64,000 nt of DNA from an uncultured Verrucomicrobiae bacterium (GCA_963801815.1 CAWDGJ010000001.1:239914-303913); one strand, 5' to 3'. Positions 1 to 9,671 are shown, counted from the first letter of the stretch. Program-made: numbers and translations. Notes: generated from the letters alone by a model not told the origin.

Positions 1-773
1 TCCTCGAGCGCCCGCGAAAGTCGCTTGAGCAGCACCATGCCCGCGCCTTCACCACGGACAAATCCGCTGGCGGATGCGTCGAACGCTGCACACCGGCCTT
101 CGGGCGAAAGCATCGCGGCCTGTGAAAACCCGATAAATCCTCCCGGCGAAATCATAACGGTGACGCCTCCAGCCAGCGCGGCGTCTCCGCGTCCGGCCCA
201 AATGTGTTCGCAGGCTGCGTGGACAGCGGTTAACGCAGATGAGCAGGCCGTGTCCATCGCGACACTGGGGCCGCGCAGATTCAAGCAATATGAAATCCGA
301 TTTGCGCCAATGCTGTGCGCGCTCCCGGTCGGCGAATGCGGACCGATGCCGAAATGATCGAAACTCGTGCTTTGAATTCCCTGGTAATCGTTATGTGAAA
401 TACCGACGAAAACTCCGAGATCGGTTCCGTGCTCGAAGTCGAGGACGAGTCCGGCATCTTCGATCGCTTCCCACGCGGTCTCGAGCAGGAGGCGATGCTG
501 GGGATCCACGTAGGGAGCTTCCCGCGGCGAAATACCAAAGAATTGCGGATCAAATTGATCGATGGCATCAATAAACCCGCCGCGCAAGGCGATCGATTTA
601 CCCGCCACACCTGGCTCAGCGTCGTAATATCGCTTCACGTTCCAGCGATCCGGCGGCACTTCGACGACTCCCTCGCGAGCCTCGATAAGAAGCTTCCAAA
701 GGGAGTCCTTGGAACTCACGTCGCCGGGAAAACGGCACCCGACTCCAATAATGGCAATACGTTCTTTTTGCAT
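1..773 (-). CDS. Type I polyketide synthase, N-terminal ketosynthase domain (runs off the left edge; not in the ORF track)
   Basis: Manual minus-strand translation from the ATG at 773 gives MQKERIAIIGVGCRFPG...FDPQFFGISPREAPYVDPQHRLLLE...GPSVAMDTACSSALTAVHAAC...DASASGFVRGEGAGMVLLKRL. These are classic KS motifs, including the active-site DTACSS. No stop before position 1. Confidence 0.95.
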   Translation of the reverse strand, partial: MQKERIAIIGVGCRFPGDVSSKDSLWKLLIEAREGVVEVPPDRWNVKRYYDAEPGVAGKSIALRGGFIDAIDQFDPQFFGISPREAPYVDPQHRLLLETAWEAIEDAGLVLDFEHGTDLGVFVGISHNDYQGIQSTSFDHFGIGPHSPTGSAHSIGANRISYCLNLRGPSVAMDTACSSALTAVHAACEHIWAGRGDAALAGGVTVMISPGGFIGFSQAAMLSPEGRCAAFDASASGFVRGEGAGMVLLKRLSRALE

Positions 774-1081
774 GGTCGTGAGTTGCCCCCCAGGGGCGGA
801 CTGATTAGCGCTGCCTGTGAGCAAGTCAAGTCAGCTACCCGTCCGCGCGCAGAGTCATGACGTCAATGGAAGGTATGATATTCACGCGGGTAACATCAAA
901 TCGATTTTAGCATGCTCGGCCAGCGTTGCACCGGCGCTCATTTCACATCTTTTATCTTTTGTCACCCTCTGCGATGCTAACTGCATGATGCTTCTCGAGA
1001 AATTTTTTCCGTCCCAAACCGTCTCGCTCGGAAAGCCCCGCGATTAAACAGGCAGAACTGTTAACCGAATCGAACGAAATC

Positions 1082-3082
1082 ATGTGCGGAATCGCGGGAA
1101 TAATCGACCTGGCCGGCCAGCGACCGGCGCCGGAAGGTGCGGTGCGGCGAATGGCGCGCGCCCTCACTCACCGCGGTCCGGACGAGGAGGGTTTTCTCGA
1201 ACAACCAGGCATCTCACTCGCTTCCAGGCGGCTGAGTATTGTCGATCTGGCCGATGGCCAGCAGCCGATGACAAACGAAGACCTCAGCGTTTTCGTAGTC
1301 TTCAATGGCGAATTATTCGACTATGTCGAGCGGCGCGAGGAACTCGTTAGGCAAGGCCACCGCTTCCGCACCCATTGCGATACCGAAATCATCCCCCACC
1401 TTTGGGAGGATTTTCACGAAGGAATGTGGGAGCAGCTGCGCGGCCAGTTTGCCATCGCCTTGTGGGACGAACGGCTGCGACAGCTCCATCTCGGACGCGA
1501 TCGGTTCGGCATCGCGCCGCTCTTTTGGAGCCGGCAGCGTGACTGGTTGCTGTTCGCCTCCGAAATAAAAGGCCTCATTGCTTCAGGAATGGTTTCACCG
1601 CGGCCCGACCGCAAGGGGCTCGATCACGTGTTTACCTTCTCCGCGATGCCGGGGCCGAGAACTTGTTTTGAAGGAGTTCAACTTTTGCCGCCCGGACATT
1701 GTTTGCGTATCACGCCTGGAAGTTCGGGCGCTGCGGCCGCGATTGCCGAACGCGCCTACTGGCAGATGGATTTCCCTGCGCAGGGTGAAGAAGAATGGGG
1801 AAACGATCCGAATGCGCTGGTGGATGAATTCGAGGGATTGCTCCTGCACGCCGTTGAAAAACGGCTGCGCGCGGATGTGCCCGTGGGCTCCTATCTGTCC
1901 GGTGGTGTGGATTCGAGCACGATCTTGGCCCTGGCCTGCCGTCTCAAAGGGCCGATGATCAATACGTACACCGTTCGAGTGGATGAACCGGAGCTCGATG
2001 AACTGAGCGCGGCCAGCCTTTCGGCCCGGCATATCGGAGCGAAGCCGCCCATCGTACAAGAGTACGGCGATCGCGAAGCGCTTGAGAGTTATCCCCGCCT
2101 GATTGAAGCCGCCGAAGCTCCGGTGATCGACACCTCCTGCGGTGCCTTGCTCAAGTTGGCCGAACGTGTTCATGCCAATGGCCAGAAAGTCGTCCTGACC
2201 GGCGAAGGTGCCGACGAGTGGCTCGTCGGTTACCCCTGGTACAAGGCGGCCAAGCTCTTCGGATTTCTCGACGTCGTACCGGGATTGAATCTGAGCTTTT
2301 GGGCAAAGAGCGGTTACCTGCGTCTGAATAAGGTGCCGCATTTTTCTCGGGAATGGCGTGAGCGCGTAGAAGCTTCCGTCGGTGGTCCAAACGCCTGGAT
2401 CGATTCCTACGGGTTACTAGCGATTTCGAAGTTGCGCTTCTACTCCGGGCAGATGCGCGAAGTGATGAATGACAGCCATCCGTGGGGCGAATTAGGATTT
2501 CCGCTCGAAAAAGCGAAGCGCTGGGCGCCGCTCAACCGCGGTATTTGGATCGCTGCGCGCGTGCTTTTGGCCGGCCATCTCTTGCAAGCCAAAGGGGACC
2601 GCGTGGCCATGCATTCCTCGGTCGAAGTTCGTTATCCGTTCCTGGATGAGGAGGTCTTTGCCTTCACCGCCAAACTGCACTCACGCTGGAAACTGCGCGG
2701 ATTCCACGATAAGTACCTGCTCCGTTTGCTAGCGGAGCGCTGGATTCCGAAATCGATCGCTCGACGCGGCAAAGTTATCTTTCGCGCGCCACTCGACAGT
2801 TTTCACAAGAATCCGGAACCGCCGTACGTCGCGCAGCTTGTTAGCGAAGATTCGCTGCGTCGCACTGGTTACTTTGATTTCCGGGAGGTCGCGCGCTGGC
2901 GGAAAGGGTTTCGGGAACTGCGGTCCGGATCGCTCCCTCGACTCTCCGTGGAATTGGGTCTCGCCGCGGTCGTCGCCACTCAACTCTGGCATCATCAATT
3001 CATGGGCGGCGGCCTGGCCGACATGCCGGTCTGGTCCGGCTACAACAACGTAGTTGCAAACGATGTAGCGCTTTCCCGTTAA
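1082..3082 (+). CDS. asnB: Asparagine synthetase (glutamine-hydrolysing) family amidotransferase
   Basis: N-terminal MCGIAG (Ntn Cys2), HRGPD, RRLSIVD, FNGE, RDRFG, PP-loop SGGVDSS, TGEGADE, SVEVRYPFLD. Confidence 0.92.
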   Translation: MCGIAGIIDLAGQRPAPEGAVRRMARALTHRGPDEEGFLEQPGISLASRRLSIVDLADGQQPMTNEDLSVFVVFNGELFDYVERREELVRQGHRFRTHCDTEIIPHLWEDFHEGMWEQLRGQFAIALWDERLRQLHLGRDRFGIAPLFWSRQRDWLLFASEIKGLIASGMVSPRPDRKGLDHVFTFSAMPGPRTCFEGVQLLPPGHCLRITPGSSGAAAAIAERAYWQMDFPAQGEEEWGNDPNALVDEFEGLLLHAVEKRLRADVPVGSYLSGGVDSSTILALACRLKGPMINTYTVRVDEPELDELSAASLSARHIGAKPPIVQEYGDREALESYPRLIEAAEAPVIDTSCGALLKLAERVHANGQKVVLTGEGADEWLVGYPWYKAAKLFGFLDVVPGLNLSFWAKSGYLRLNKVPHFSREWRERVEASVGGPNAWIDSYGLLAISKLRFYSGQMREVMNDSHPWGELGFPLEKAKRWAPLNRGIWIAARVLLAGHLLQAKGDRVAMHSSVEVRYPFLDEEVFAFTAKLHSRWKLRGFHDKYLLRLLAERWIPKSIARRGKVIFRAPLDSFHKNPEPPYVAQLVSEDSLRRTGYFDFREVARWRKGFRELRSGSLPRLSVELGLAAVVATQLWHHQFMGGGLADMPVWSGYNNVVANDVALSR

Positions 3083-3110
3083 CCAGATCGATCCATCGAT
3101 TCTCGTATGA

Positions 3111-3926
3111 TCACAGCTTTTCCAGCAGCTGCCGTCCGACTTCTCTCATCTCCGGGTCATCTTTTTCTTTGTCAGGCATCGCCAGCCCTTTTTCAATGTA
3201 CTTGCGCGCGTCCTCTTTACGTCCCATCTGGACGTAGATGTGGCCCAGTTCGATGTAGTGGATGAGTCGGTTGGGATTAATTTCTATCGCCTTTAACAGA
3301 CATTTCTCCGCCTCTTCGTTAGTCGTTACCGGCAATCCACCATAAAGCGCTTTGGCCAGAGCCCGCTTTACCGAGTTGACATCGGCCAGCGTACGGTTCC
3401 ATCGCCCAAGAATATGCCACGCGTTGTCGTTGTTCGGATCAAGCTCGAGAGCGCGATCCACCGCCGCTTTGATCCGAGGCGCGGCATGCACCTGATCTTT
3501 GCTGCCCATGAACGGCAGCATTTTTCCATAGCTAATGGCTGGCGAGAGTTGTGCCTCAGCATTCTTCGGAGCGAGGCTTGCGGCCCGATTGGCGAACTCG
3601 AGCGAAATGTATCCAAGCCGCAGCTTTTCTTTGTTCGGGGACGCGTCGGCCATCAAATGCCGATACTGCCGCGCGATCCGGACAAGAACATCCACGTTGT
3701 CCGGTTGGAGCTTGTTCGCGGGCATATAGTATTCTAGTGCTTCTTTGGCTTGAAGGTTTTTGTCGAATTCGTCGCCTTTCGCGATCAATTCATTAGCGTT
3801 TTCTCCGCCGCCCATGTGGTGAAAGTTGACGACATTGCGCTTGGGCTCTTGTGCCCGCGCCGCTAGGCCCGAGAGGCAAAGCAGCGCACATAACCCGTAA
3901 ACGCGGAGGCGATTATTCGGATTCAT
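3111..3926 (-). CDS. Exported TPR-repeat protein
   Basis: Signal-peptide-like N-terminus from the ATG at 3926 (MNPNNRLRVYGLCALLCLSGLAARA-Q). TPR-like segments ALELDPNN and AIEINPNR. The ORF-track start at 4028 is probably too long. Confidence 0.75.
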   Translation of the reverse strand: MNPNNRLRVYGLCALLCLSGLAARAQEPKRNVVNFHHMGGGENANELIAKGDEFDKNLQAKEALEYYMPANKLQPDNVDVLVRIARQYRHLMADASPNKEKLRLGYISLEFANRAASLAPKNAEAQLSPAISYGKMLPFMGSKDQVHAAPRIKAAVDRALELDPNNDNAWHILGRWNRTLADVNSVKRALAKALYGGLPVTTNEEAEKCLLKAIEINPNRLIHYIELGHIYVQMGRKEDARKYIEKGLAMPDKEKDDPEMREVGRQLLEKL

Positions 3927-4597
3927 ATCGACAAATAACGTGGCTGGGCCCAGCGACCCACTCTTGGCGATTCGGCGGTAGCGGCAAAAGTGGTGCAGCT
4001 TGGCCACGGACCTTCTGATCGACAACACTTGTATTTTGGCGCACTGTCAAAAGGTTTCAAATGCTGTGTTTAGGAGCTCGATCTACGGGAAATCACTTAT
4101 TTCCATTTTCCGTTTCGGCTGAAGTCTCAAACGATCCGGCAGCTGCCGGAGCACCGGACTCCGTAGGCTCCGGGCCTTTCTGTATTACAGAAATGTTTAT
4201 CGCACGAAAGTGGTGATTCGTTAGGCAACTAGTTTCGCGGAACCCACTCTAACGAAACATTGCGCGATTTTCACTCAGCCGTGTTGACCAAACCAATGGC
4301 CTGAAAGAAGTGTTCGTCGGTCGCGTCTGCGAGTTCCTTGCTGTGGATCATCCAGTGGCCGTGGTAAGAAAAACCGTCGTATAGAGGTCTTAGTCCGCTG
4401 CGTCCACTGCCTCTCTCTATATATAGAGTGCTCGCGGCGATTGGGGTATTATTCGGAGAGATCTGCTTGAGAAATGGGGTCGAATTTCGGTCAATCGATG
4501 ATATTCAAAAGCGAAGCCGATGTGGCGAAATAGTATACGCAACGGATTTCGGCCGCGAAAAGGCCAAAAAATGGTCATGGCGGCAATCTCTCCAAAT

Positions 4598-4626
4598 TTG
4601 AGACAAAACTGTACTTGCTGTCTAAT
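4598..4626 (+). promoter_or_regulatory. Sigma70-type promoter (Pc-like) facing the gene cassette
   Basis: TTGAGA (4598-4603), a 17 nt spacer, then TCTAAT (4621-4626). Each hexamer matches 5/6 of consensus, about 40 nt before the cassette boundary. Confidence 0.5.
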
Positions 4627-4652
4627 ATCCAGGATATCCAACGAAATTGTCG

Positions 4653-4671
4653 GCCTATCCATTAGTTAGGC
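4653..4671 (+). mobile_element. attI-like integron recombination site
   Basis: GCCTATC (degenerate L box), a 5 nt spacer CATTA, then GTTAGGC (R box, GTTRRRY). GTTAGGCC is the exact reverse complement of GGCCTAAC at 5267-5274. Confidence 0.6.
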
Positions 4672-4681
4672 CACAAACGCC

Positions 4682-5251
4682 ATGTTTTTCCCGCCGTTCT
4701 ACCTTATTTTGGACGCCGGGTTGCTAGTTTCCGAGCTTGCTCTCGTCTGGCGACGACGTGCGTCCCGCAATCCGAGCACGCGACTAGATCGGGGCTCTCA
4801 CCTGTGGCTCTGGGCGGTAATTGTCGGATCAATCATCGCCGGTCATCTTGCCGCGCTTAGCAACGTGGGTCCGAGGTTGCTCCCCGGCGTTCCCTGGCAG
4901 TGGTCTGGAGCGGGTCTCTTTGCTGCCGGCACGGTATTGCGCTGGTGGTCCATCGTGCACCTGGGCCGTTTCTTCTCGGTAGACGTGGCGATAGCGTGCG
5001 ACCACCGAGTCGTAGAGACCGGTCCTTACCGCGTTGTGCGCCATCCTTCCTACACCGGTTTGCTTCTGCAGTGTGCCGGCCTCGGGGTAGTGCTCGGCAC
5101 AGCACTCAGTTTGTTCGTTATTGTAGTTCCAGCGTTCCTTGTCCTATTCCACCGCATCCGAGTGGAAGAAAGAGCCCTCCTTGCCAACTTTGGAAAGGAT
5201 TATGAAGTCTACACCCGACGCACTAAACGACTATTGCCGGGAGTATTTTGA
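4682..5251 (+). CDS. Isoprenylcysteine carboxyl methyltransferase (ICMT) family membrane protein, carried as an integron gene cassette
   Basis: Multiple TM helices; motifs LGRFFS, GPYRVVRHPSYTG, RIRVEERAL, FGKDYEVY. ATG lies 10 nt after the R box and the attC begins 16 nt after the stop. Confidence 0.88.
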   Translation: MFFPPFYLILDAGLLVSELALVWRRRASRNPSTRLDRGSHLWLWAVIVGSIIAGHLAALSNVGPRLLPGVPWQWSGAGLFAAGTVLRWWSIVHLGRFFSVDVAIACDHRVVETGPYRVVRHPSYTGLLLQCAGLGVVLGTALSLFVIVVPAFLVLFHRIRVEERALLANFGKDYEVYTRRTKRLLPGVF

Positions 5252-5267
5252 AAGGCACACCCCCACG

Positions 5268-5390
5268 GCCTAACCAAGCGATGGAGCGAACGCCCACCCG
5301 AGGCATGCTCACATTTCAGGTGACTGAATCACTTTCCCTTCGTGCGATGCTCGCTCACAGTGGCCGTCGCTCATCTTGTTCTCGTTAGTC
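5268..5390 (+). mobile_element. attC site (123 bp)
   Basis: R'' GCCTAAC (5268-5274). L'' GATGGAGCGA pairs with L' TCGCTCATC leaving one extrahelical G. R' GTTAGTC (5384-5390). Confidence 0.85.
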
Positions 5391-5499
5391 GACTCTCCCC
5401 ATGTGTAAATCGGGAAATCGTGTAACGATTTTTGGCCACCGTTAGTGAGTGGAGGACTTACACTCAGCGCAACGAGAATCGGTCTATGAGGAAGGCTGG

Positions 5500-5667
5500 T
5501 CACCAGCCCTTCATAAAATCTATCTCACCTGTCCGGCGGGGCGCGCGGGTGTCGTCTTTCTTCCCCTGAATCGCACCACCTTTGACGTCGTCCTTCGGTG
5601 TCAGGTCGCGGGTTTTATTCTCTTTCTTCTCTTTCGTTTGCTCGGGCTTGGTGGCTTCATCAGGCAT
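5500..5667 (-). CDS. Putative double-glycine-leader precursor peptide (55 aa), orphan copy
   Basis: Manual translation: MPDEATKPEQTKEKKENKTRDLTPKDDVKGG|AIQGKKDDTRAPRRTGEIDFMKGW. GGAGG lies 12 nt upstream of the ATG. The leader motif matches the peptides at 33.2-33.9 kb. Confidence 0.7.
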   Translation of the reverse strand: MPDEATKPEQTKEKKENKTRDLTPKDDVKGGAIQGKKDDTRAPRRTGEIDFMKGW

Positions 5668-5923
5668 AATTTAGTGCTGCCTCCGGCCGCCGAGACCATG
5701 ACCACAAGGCCGTCTTATAGGGAAGACTATGGAAAATTAGAGCAATTTTCACACCGGGCTCCGAAGGAAACGTCGACCCTAATTCTCTGAACTGTACGAG
5801 ACGCTCCCCTTTAGCCCTAGGTCAGCGTTTGGTAAAATCCCGGAGTGTAAGTCCGTTGCATCGGAAGGCGCCCACCTTATGCTCTTGCGCAAATTCTTGC
5901 ACAGAGTTGGATGTTTGAAGTGT

Positions 5924-6008
5924 GCCGATGTGGCGAAATGGCAGACGCAACGGACTTAAAATCCGTTCCTGTGAAAACAGGGTATGGGTTCGAATCCCAT
6001 CATCGGCA
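5924..6008 (+). tRNA. tRNA-Leu(UAA)
   Basis: Acceptor stem GCCGATG/CATCGGC plus discriminator A. D-arm TGGCGAAATGGCAGACGC. Anticodon arm ACGGA-CTTAAAA-TCCGT. Long variable arm; T-loop GGTTCGAATCC. Confidence 0.95.
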
Positions 6009-6056
6009 GCTTTAGAAAAGCTGAAACACTGAAATCTTAAAAACTGAATCGCAGTT

Positions 6057-6626
6057 ATGCTCACGGATCGACCGCTCTTTATTCCGTTAATTCTCGGCAC
6101 CGCGCGCCAGGGACGTGAAAGCGAGCAGGCCGCACGGTTCGTTTTCGAGCAAACCAGGAAGCGCTCTGGCGTGGAGACGGAGTTCATCGATGTGCGCACG
6201 TTGCCGATGAAGCTTGATGACGCCGGCGAGCAAATGAAAGACCCGAAATTCGCAGCCACCATTCAGCGCTGCGACGGGTTGATCATCGTCACGCCGGAAT
6301 ACAATCATAGTTTTCCCGGCCTGTTGAAACACGCGTTGGATATGAATCTCAAGGAATACATCCACAAAGCCGTCGGAATTTGTGGCGTTTCGGCCGGCGT
6401 GTACGGCGGGACACGGGTGATCGAGAATTTGCTACCGGTGATGCGCGAGCTTGGACTGGTCACGATTTTTGAGGACGTGAACTTCGGTAAAATCGGCACC
6501 CTTTTCGACGAGCACGGCCAGCTGCTCGATCAGAACTTCGTCCGCCGGGTGGACACGTTTTTGAACGAGCTAATTTGGATGAGCAAAGTACTGCGTTACG
6601 GGCGTGAGCAGATCGCGCCAGCCTGA
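6057..6626 (+). CDS. NAD(P)H-dependent FMN reductase family protein
   Basis: LGTARQGRES, VTPEYNHSFPGLLKHALD, GVSAGVYGG. Confidence 0.9.
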   Translation: MLTDRPLFIPLILGTARQGRESEQAARFVFEQTRKRSGVETEFIDVRTLPMKLDDAGEQMKDPKFAATIQRCDGLIIVTPEYNHSFPGLLKHALDMNLKEYIHKAVGICGVSAGVYGGTRVIENLLPVMRELGLVTIFEDVNFGKIGTLFDEHGQLLDQNFVRRVDTFLNELIWMSKVLRYGREQIAPA

Positions 6627-6761
6627 CCCAGGCATTCCGGCGGGATGATCCGGCCCATGGGAAGCGCATGTTTACACGGATGGTTCCGATGGTAGATTTT
6701 GAACGCGTCCCTGTTTTTGCGCGTCAGACTCCCACGCTCATACACGGCGTTACATAATTAG

Positions 6762-8366
6762 ATGGAGCAAAATCCACCGCCGCCACCGTTTCCTTCACCG
6801 GAGGAACTGAAGACAAAGATCACGGAGTTCATGAAACAGAACTTCGGCGATCACGTTTCAGTCGCGGCGTTTCCTGCTCCGGAACCGGCGGAAGCTGAGG
6901 CAGAGGAAAAGCCGGACCCCGCCGCGGCGGGGCACCAGTTCGAGTTCAATTTTTTGCCGCGCGACATCAAGGCACATCTCGACCGGTTCGTGATCAAGCA
7001 GGACGAAGCGAAGAAGGTCCTGGCGATCGCGGTCTGCGATCACTACAACCACGCAAAATACTTGCGTCACTTGGAGAAGGAGAATCCAAAGGCCGCGGAG
7101 CACCTTGAGTACACAAAACAGAATGTAATTCTGGTCGGCCCGACCGGCGTCGGGAAAACGTATCTGATCAAACACATCGCCGATCTGATCAAAGTCCCGT
7201 TTGTGAAAGCGGATGCGACCAAGTTCAGCGAGACTGGTTATGTTGGCGGCGATGTGGAAGATCTCGTGCGCGAGCTGGTGCACAAAGCGAATGGTGACCT
7301 AAACCTCGCGCAGTTCGGCATCATTTATATCGACGAGATCGACAAGATCGCGTCGGCCGGAAATCTGATCGGTCGCGACGTGAGCGGCCGCGGCGTGCAA
7401 ACCACGCTGCTCAAGTTAATGGAAGAAACCGAGGTGCCGGTTCGCTCGGTGAACGATTTACAGGCGCAATTGCAGGCCGCGTTTGAATATCAGCGGAAAG
7501 GCAAAGCCAAACGCGAGACGATCAACACGCGACACATTTTGTTCGTGGTCAGCGGCGCTTTTGAAAAATTAAAGGAGCAAGTCGCACGGCGGGTGCGCCA
7601 GGGACAGATTGGTTTTCGGGCCGAACCGGTCCAGGTGATGGACAACGAATTGTTTCAACACGTCACTACCAGCGATTTTGTCGAATACGGATTCGAGCCG
7701 GAATTCATCGGACGTTTGCCGGTGCGCGTGGTCTGCCTCGACCTCGATGCCGACGATTTATTCAAGATCATGAAATTCTCCGAGGGCAGTTTGCTTCGCC
7801 AGTACGAACGCGCATTCAAAGCCTACGGGATCGATATTAGTTTTGATGATGAAGCGCTGCGGTTGATTGCCGAAGCGGCGGCGGGAGAAAAGACCGGTGC
7901 CCGCGGCTTGTTGACCGTGTTTGAAAAGCTTTTCCGCGACTACAAATACTATCTGGCCGGCTCGGGCCTAAGCCAGTTGCGCGTAACGGCCGAGCTGGTG
8001 CGCGAGCCGAAGCACGTGCTCGATCGCCTTATGGCCGAGGGCGAAAAAGAGGGGGGAAAGAAGCTGGAGGACGCTGCCCGACACTGGGCCGAGGCATTTG
8101 GGAAGGAGCACAGCCTTGAAATTGTTTTTGACGATTCCGCCTTGCGGCGTTTGGTGGAACGCGCCCACAGCGAGCGGATGAACATAAACGATCTCTGCGC
8201 CCACTTGTTTAAAGACTACCAGTTTGGATTGAATCTGGTGAAAACGAACACCGGGCGATCGAGGTTTGTTCTGGGGGCCGAAGCGGTGGACGCGCCTGAC
8301 AAATGCTTGAGTGAACTGGTTGTACAATCGTACTATCCAGTTGCCCCCGCGGCGACCCAATCCTGA
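6762..8366 (+). CDS. ClpX-like AAA+ ATPase lacking the N-terminal Zn-binding domain, with a C-terminal extension
   Basis: Walker [19 protein letters not shown] pore loop, Walker [21 protein letters not shown] loop, [14 protein letters not shown]. Confidence 0.85.
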   Translation: MEQNPPPPPFPSPEELKTKITEFMKQNFGDHVSVAAFPAPEPAEAEAEEKPDPAAAGHQFEFNFLPRDIKAHLDRFVIKQDEAKKVLAIAVCDHYNHAKYLRHLEKENPKAAEHLEYTKQNVILVGPTGVGKTYLIKHIADLIKVPFVKADATKFSETGYVGGDVEDLVRELVHKANGDLNLAQFGIIYIDEIDKIASAGNLIGRDVSGRGVQTTLLKLMEETEVPVRSVNDLQAQLQAAFEYQRKGKAKRETINTRHILFVVSGAFEKLKEQVARRVRQGQIGFRAEPVQVMDNELFQHVTTSDFVEYGFEPEFIGRLPVRVVCLDLDADDLFKIMKFSEGSLLRQYERAFKAYGIDISFDDEALRLIAEAAAGEKTGARGLLTVFEKLFRDYKYYLAGSGLSQLRVTAELVREPKHVLDRLMAEGEKEGGKKLEDAARHWAEAFGKEHSLEIVFDDSALRRLVERAHSERMNINDLCAHLFKDYQFGLNLVKTNTGRSRFVLGAEAVDAPDKCLSELVVQSYYPVAPAATQS

Positions 8367-8374
8367 TCTCCCTC

Positions 8375-9622
8375 ATGAAACACTCGCTGTTAGTCACTTT
8401 GATTGTCGGCATTTTTGTCGTGCTGGCGATCAGTGCATTACAGCTCAGCCCGCAGGTAGTGCAGTTTGAATCGCGGGCGACCGATTACATCTCTCCTTAC
8501 ACGGCGGCAACTCATGTTCTGCCGAAGCCATGGCAATATCTGTTCATGTCGATCCTGTCGTTCGGCGTGGCCGCATTGACAGTCACCAGTTTGCGACGCA
8601 GCCGGATCGGCCTGCTTGTGATTGGATTGTTGATCGAGCTCGTCGCCGTGGCATGGATTTGCGGTCTTTATCACGTATTTTTCCAACCCTTCCCATCCAT
8701 ACTCGCGGCGGTACTCGCTTTCGTGGCAGCGGATCGATACACCGCGTTCACCCAACGGGGTCGTGCTGCGTCCGCGCGCGCGTTCTTCAGCGATCGCCTC
8801 TCGAAAGATCAACTTCATCGCGTGATCGCAGGCGATGTCCCGTTTGATCCTGACGCGAAGACTTACGAAACGACAGTGGTGGTTTGCGATGTCGCGAACA
8901 AATACGACCTGGCGGAGGATTGTGAGCCGCCGGAGTTTGGCAGGATCACGGAAGAGTTTATCTGCCGCGCGACTGATGCGTTCAAGCAGGCTGGCGCATA
9001 TATTCAAACCGCCGATGCCGAAGGGGTGGTGGCGCTGTTCGGTTTTCCTGAGATCGATGCGCATCACGGGGACAAAGCAGTCCGCGTGGCGTTGGATATA
9101 GTCGACCAGTTTCGACAGGCCCGAGTGGCTAACGGCGAAGCGAAGTGCGACGTGCATGTCGGTGTCAGTTCCGGAACGATGGTTGTCGCACCGATGCAAA
9201 ATGGCGACCGCCCCGGACTGATTACGAGCGGTGAACCGGTCGAGCTGGCGCGACGGTTTTGCGTGGCGAACCGCTTTTATGGTTCGCGCGTTTTGATTGG
9301 ACCGCGGACTTTCGAACTGGCGAGTCGTTACATCGTCGCCCGGCCGATCGACTTCTTAAGCGGGGTAAATTCGCGCGAGCGCCACGAAATTTACGAACCG
9401 CTCTGGCCTGCGGCGGAAGCGAAGCCGGAGCAATTGGCGCGTCGCGATTGTTTCTGGAACGGCGTGGTGTTCTATCGGGAAAAACGCTGGGCCGAGGCTT
9501 ACTCGGAATTTCAAAAAGCGCGCGGGCCTAACGAGGAAGAGGACGCACCCTTGCAATTGTATCTTCGCCGTCTGGAGCCACTCGCCCTGAACCTGCAAGA
9601 AATGCCGATGCGGCAGGCGTGA
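8375..9622 (+). CDS. Membrane-anchored class III nucleotidyl cyclase-like protein (degenerate active site) with a C-terminal TPR-like helix
   Basis: N-terminal TM helices; TTVVVCDV, VVALFG, HVGVSSG, GEPVELARRF, NRFYGSRVLIG, IYE. Confidence 0.75.
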   Translation: MKHSLLVTLIVGIFVVLAISALQLSPQVVQFESRATDYISPYTAATHVLPKPWQYLFMSILSFGVAALTVTSLRRSRIGLLVIGLLIELVAVAWICGLYHVFFQPFPSILAAVLAFVAADRYTAFTQRGRAASARAFFSDRLSKDQLHRVIAGDVPFDPDAKTYETTVVVCDVANKYDLAEDCEPPEFGRITEEFICRATDAFKQAGAYIQTADAEGVVALFGFPEIDAHHGDKAVRVALDIVDQFRQARVANGEAKCDVHVGVSSGTMVVAPMQNGDRPGLITSGEPVELARRFCVANRFYGSRVLIGPRTFELASRYIVARPIDFLSGVNSRERHEIYEPLWPAAEAKPEQLARRDCFWNGVVFYREKRWAEAYSEFQKARGPNEEEDAPLQLYLRRLEPLALNLQEMPMRQA

Positions 9623-9671
9623 CGCGGCGTAGGTTCCGAGGTGCGAGCCGCACGGGCGTTGGACTGACGGT

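Noticed and set aside
25..860. Plus-strand ORFs 25-357, 239-574 and 429-860
   Set aside because: They are antisense shadows of the minus-strand PKS ketosynthase frame.
3930..4662. Possible intI gene upstream of the attI-like site, including ORF 4417-4662
   Set aside because: No long ORF and no tyrosine-recombinase R-H-R-H-Y motifs seen; ORF 4417-4662 has no recognisable features.
5391..5920. Second cassette carrying the orphan peptide gene
   Set aside because: No convincing second attC (no GACTAAC-type R'' with paired L boxes) was found; the proximity to the attC may be coincidental.
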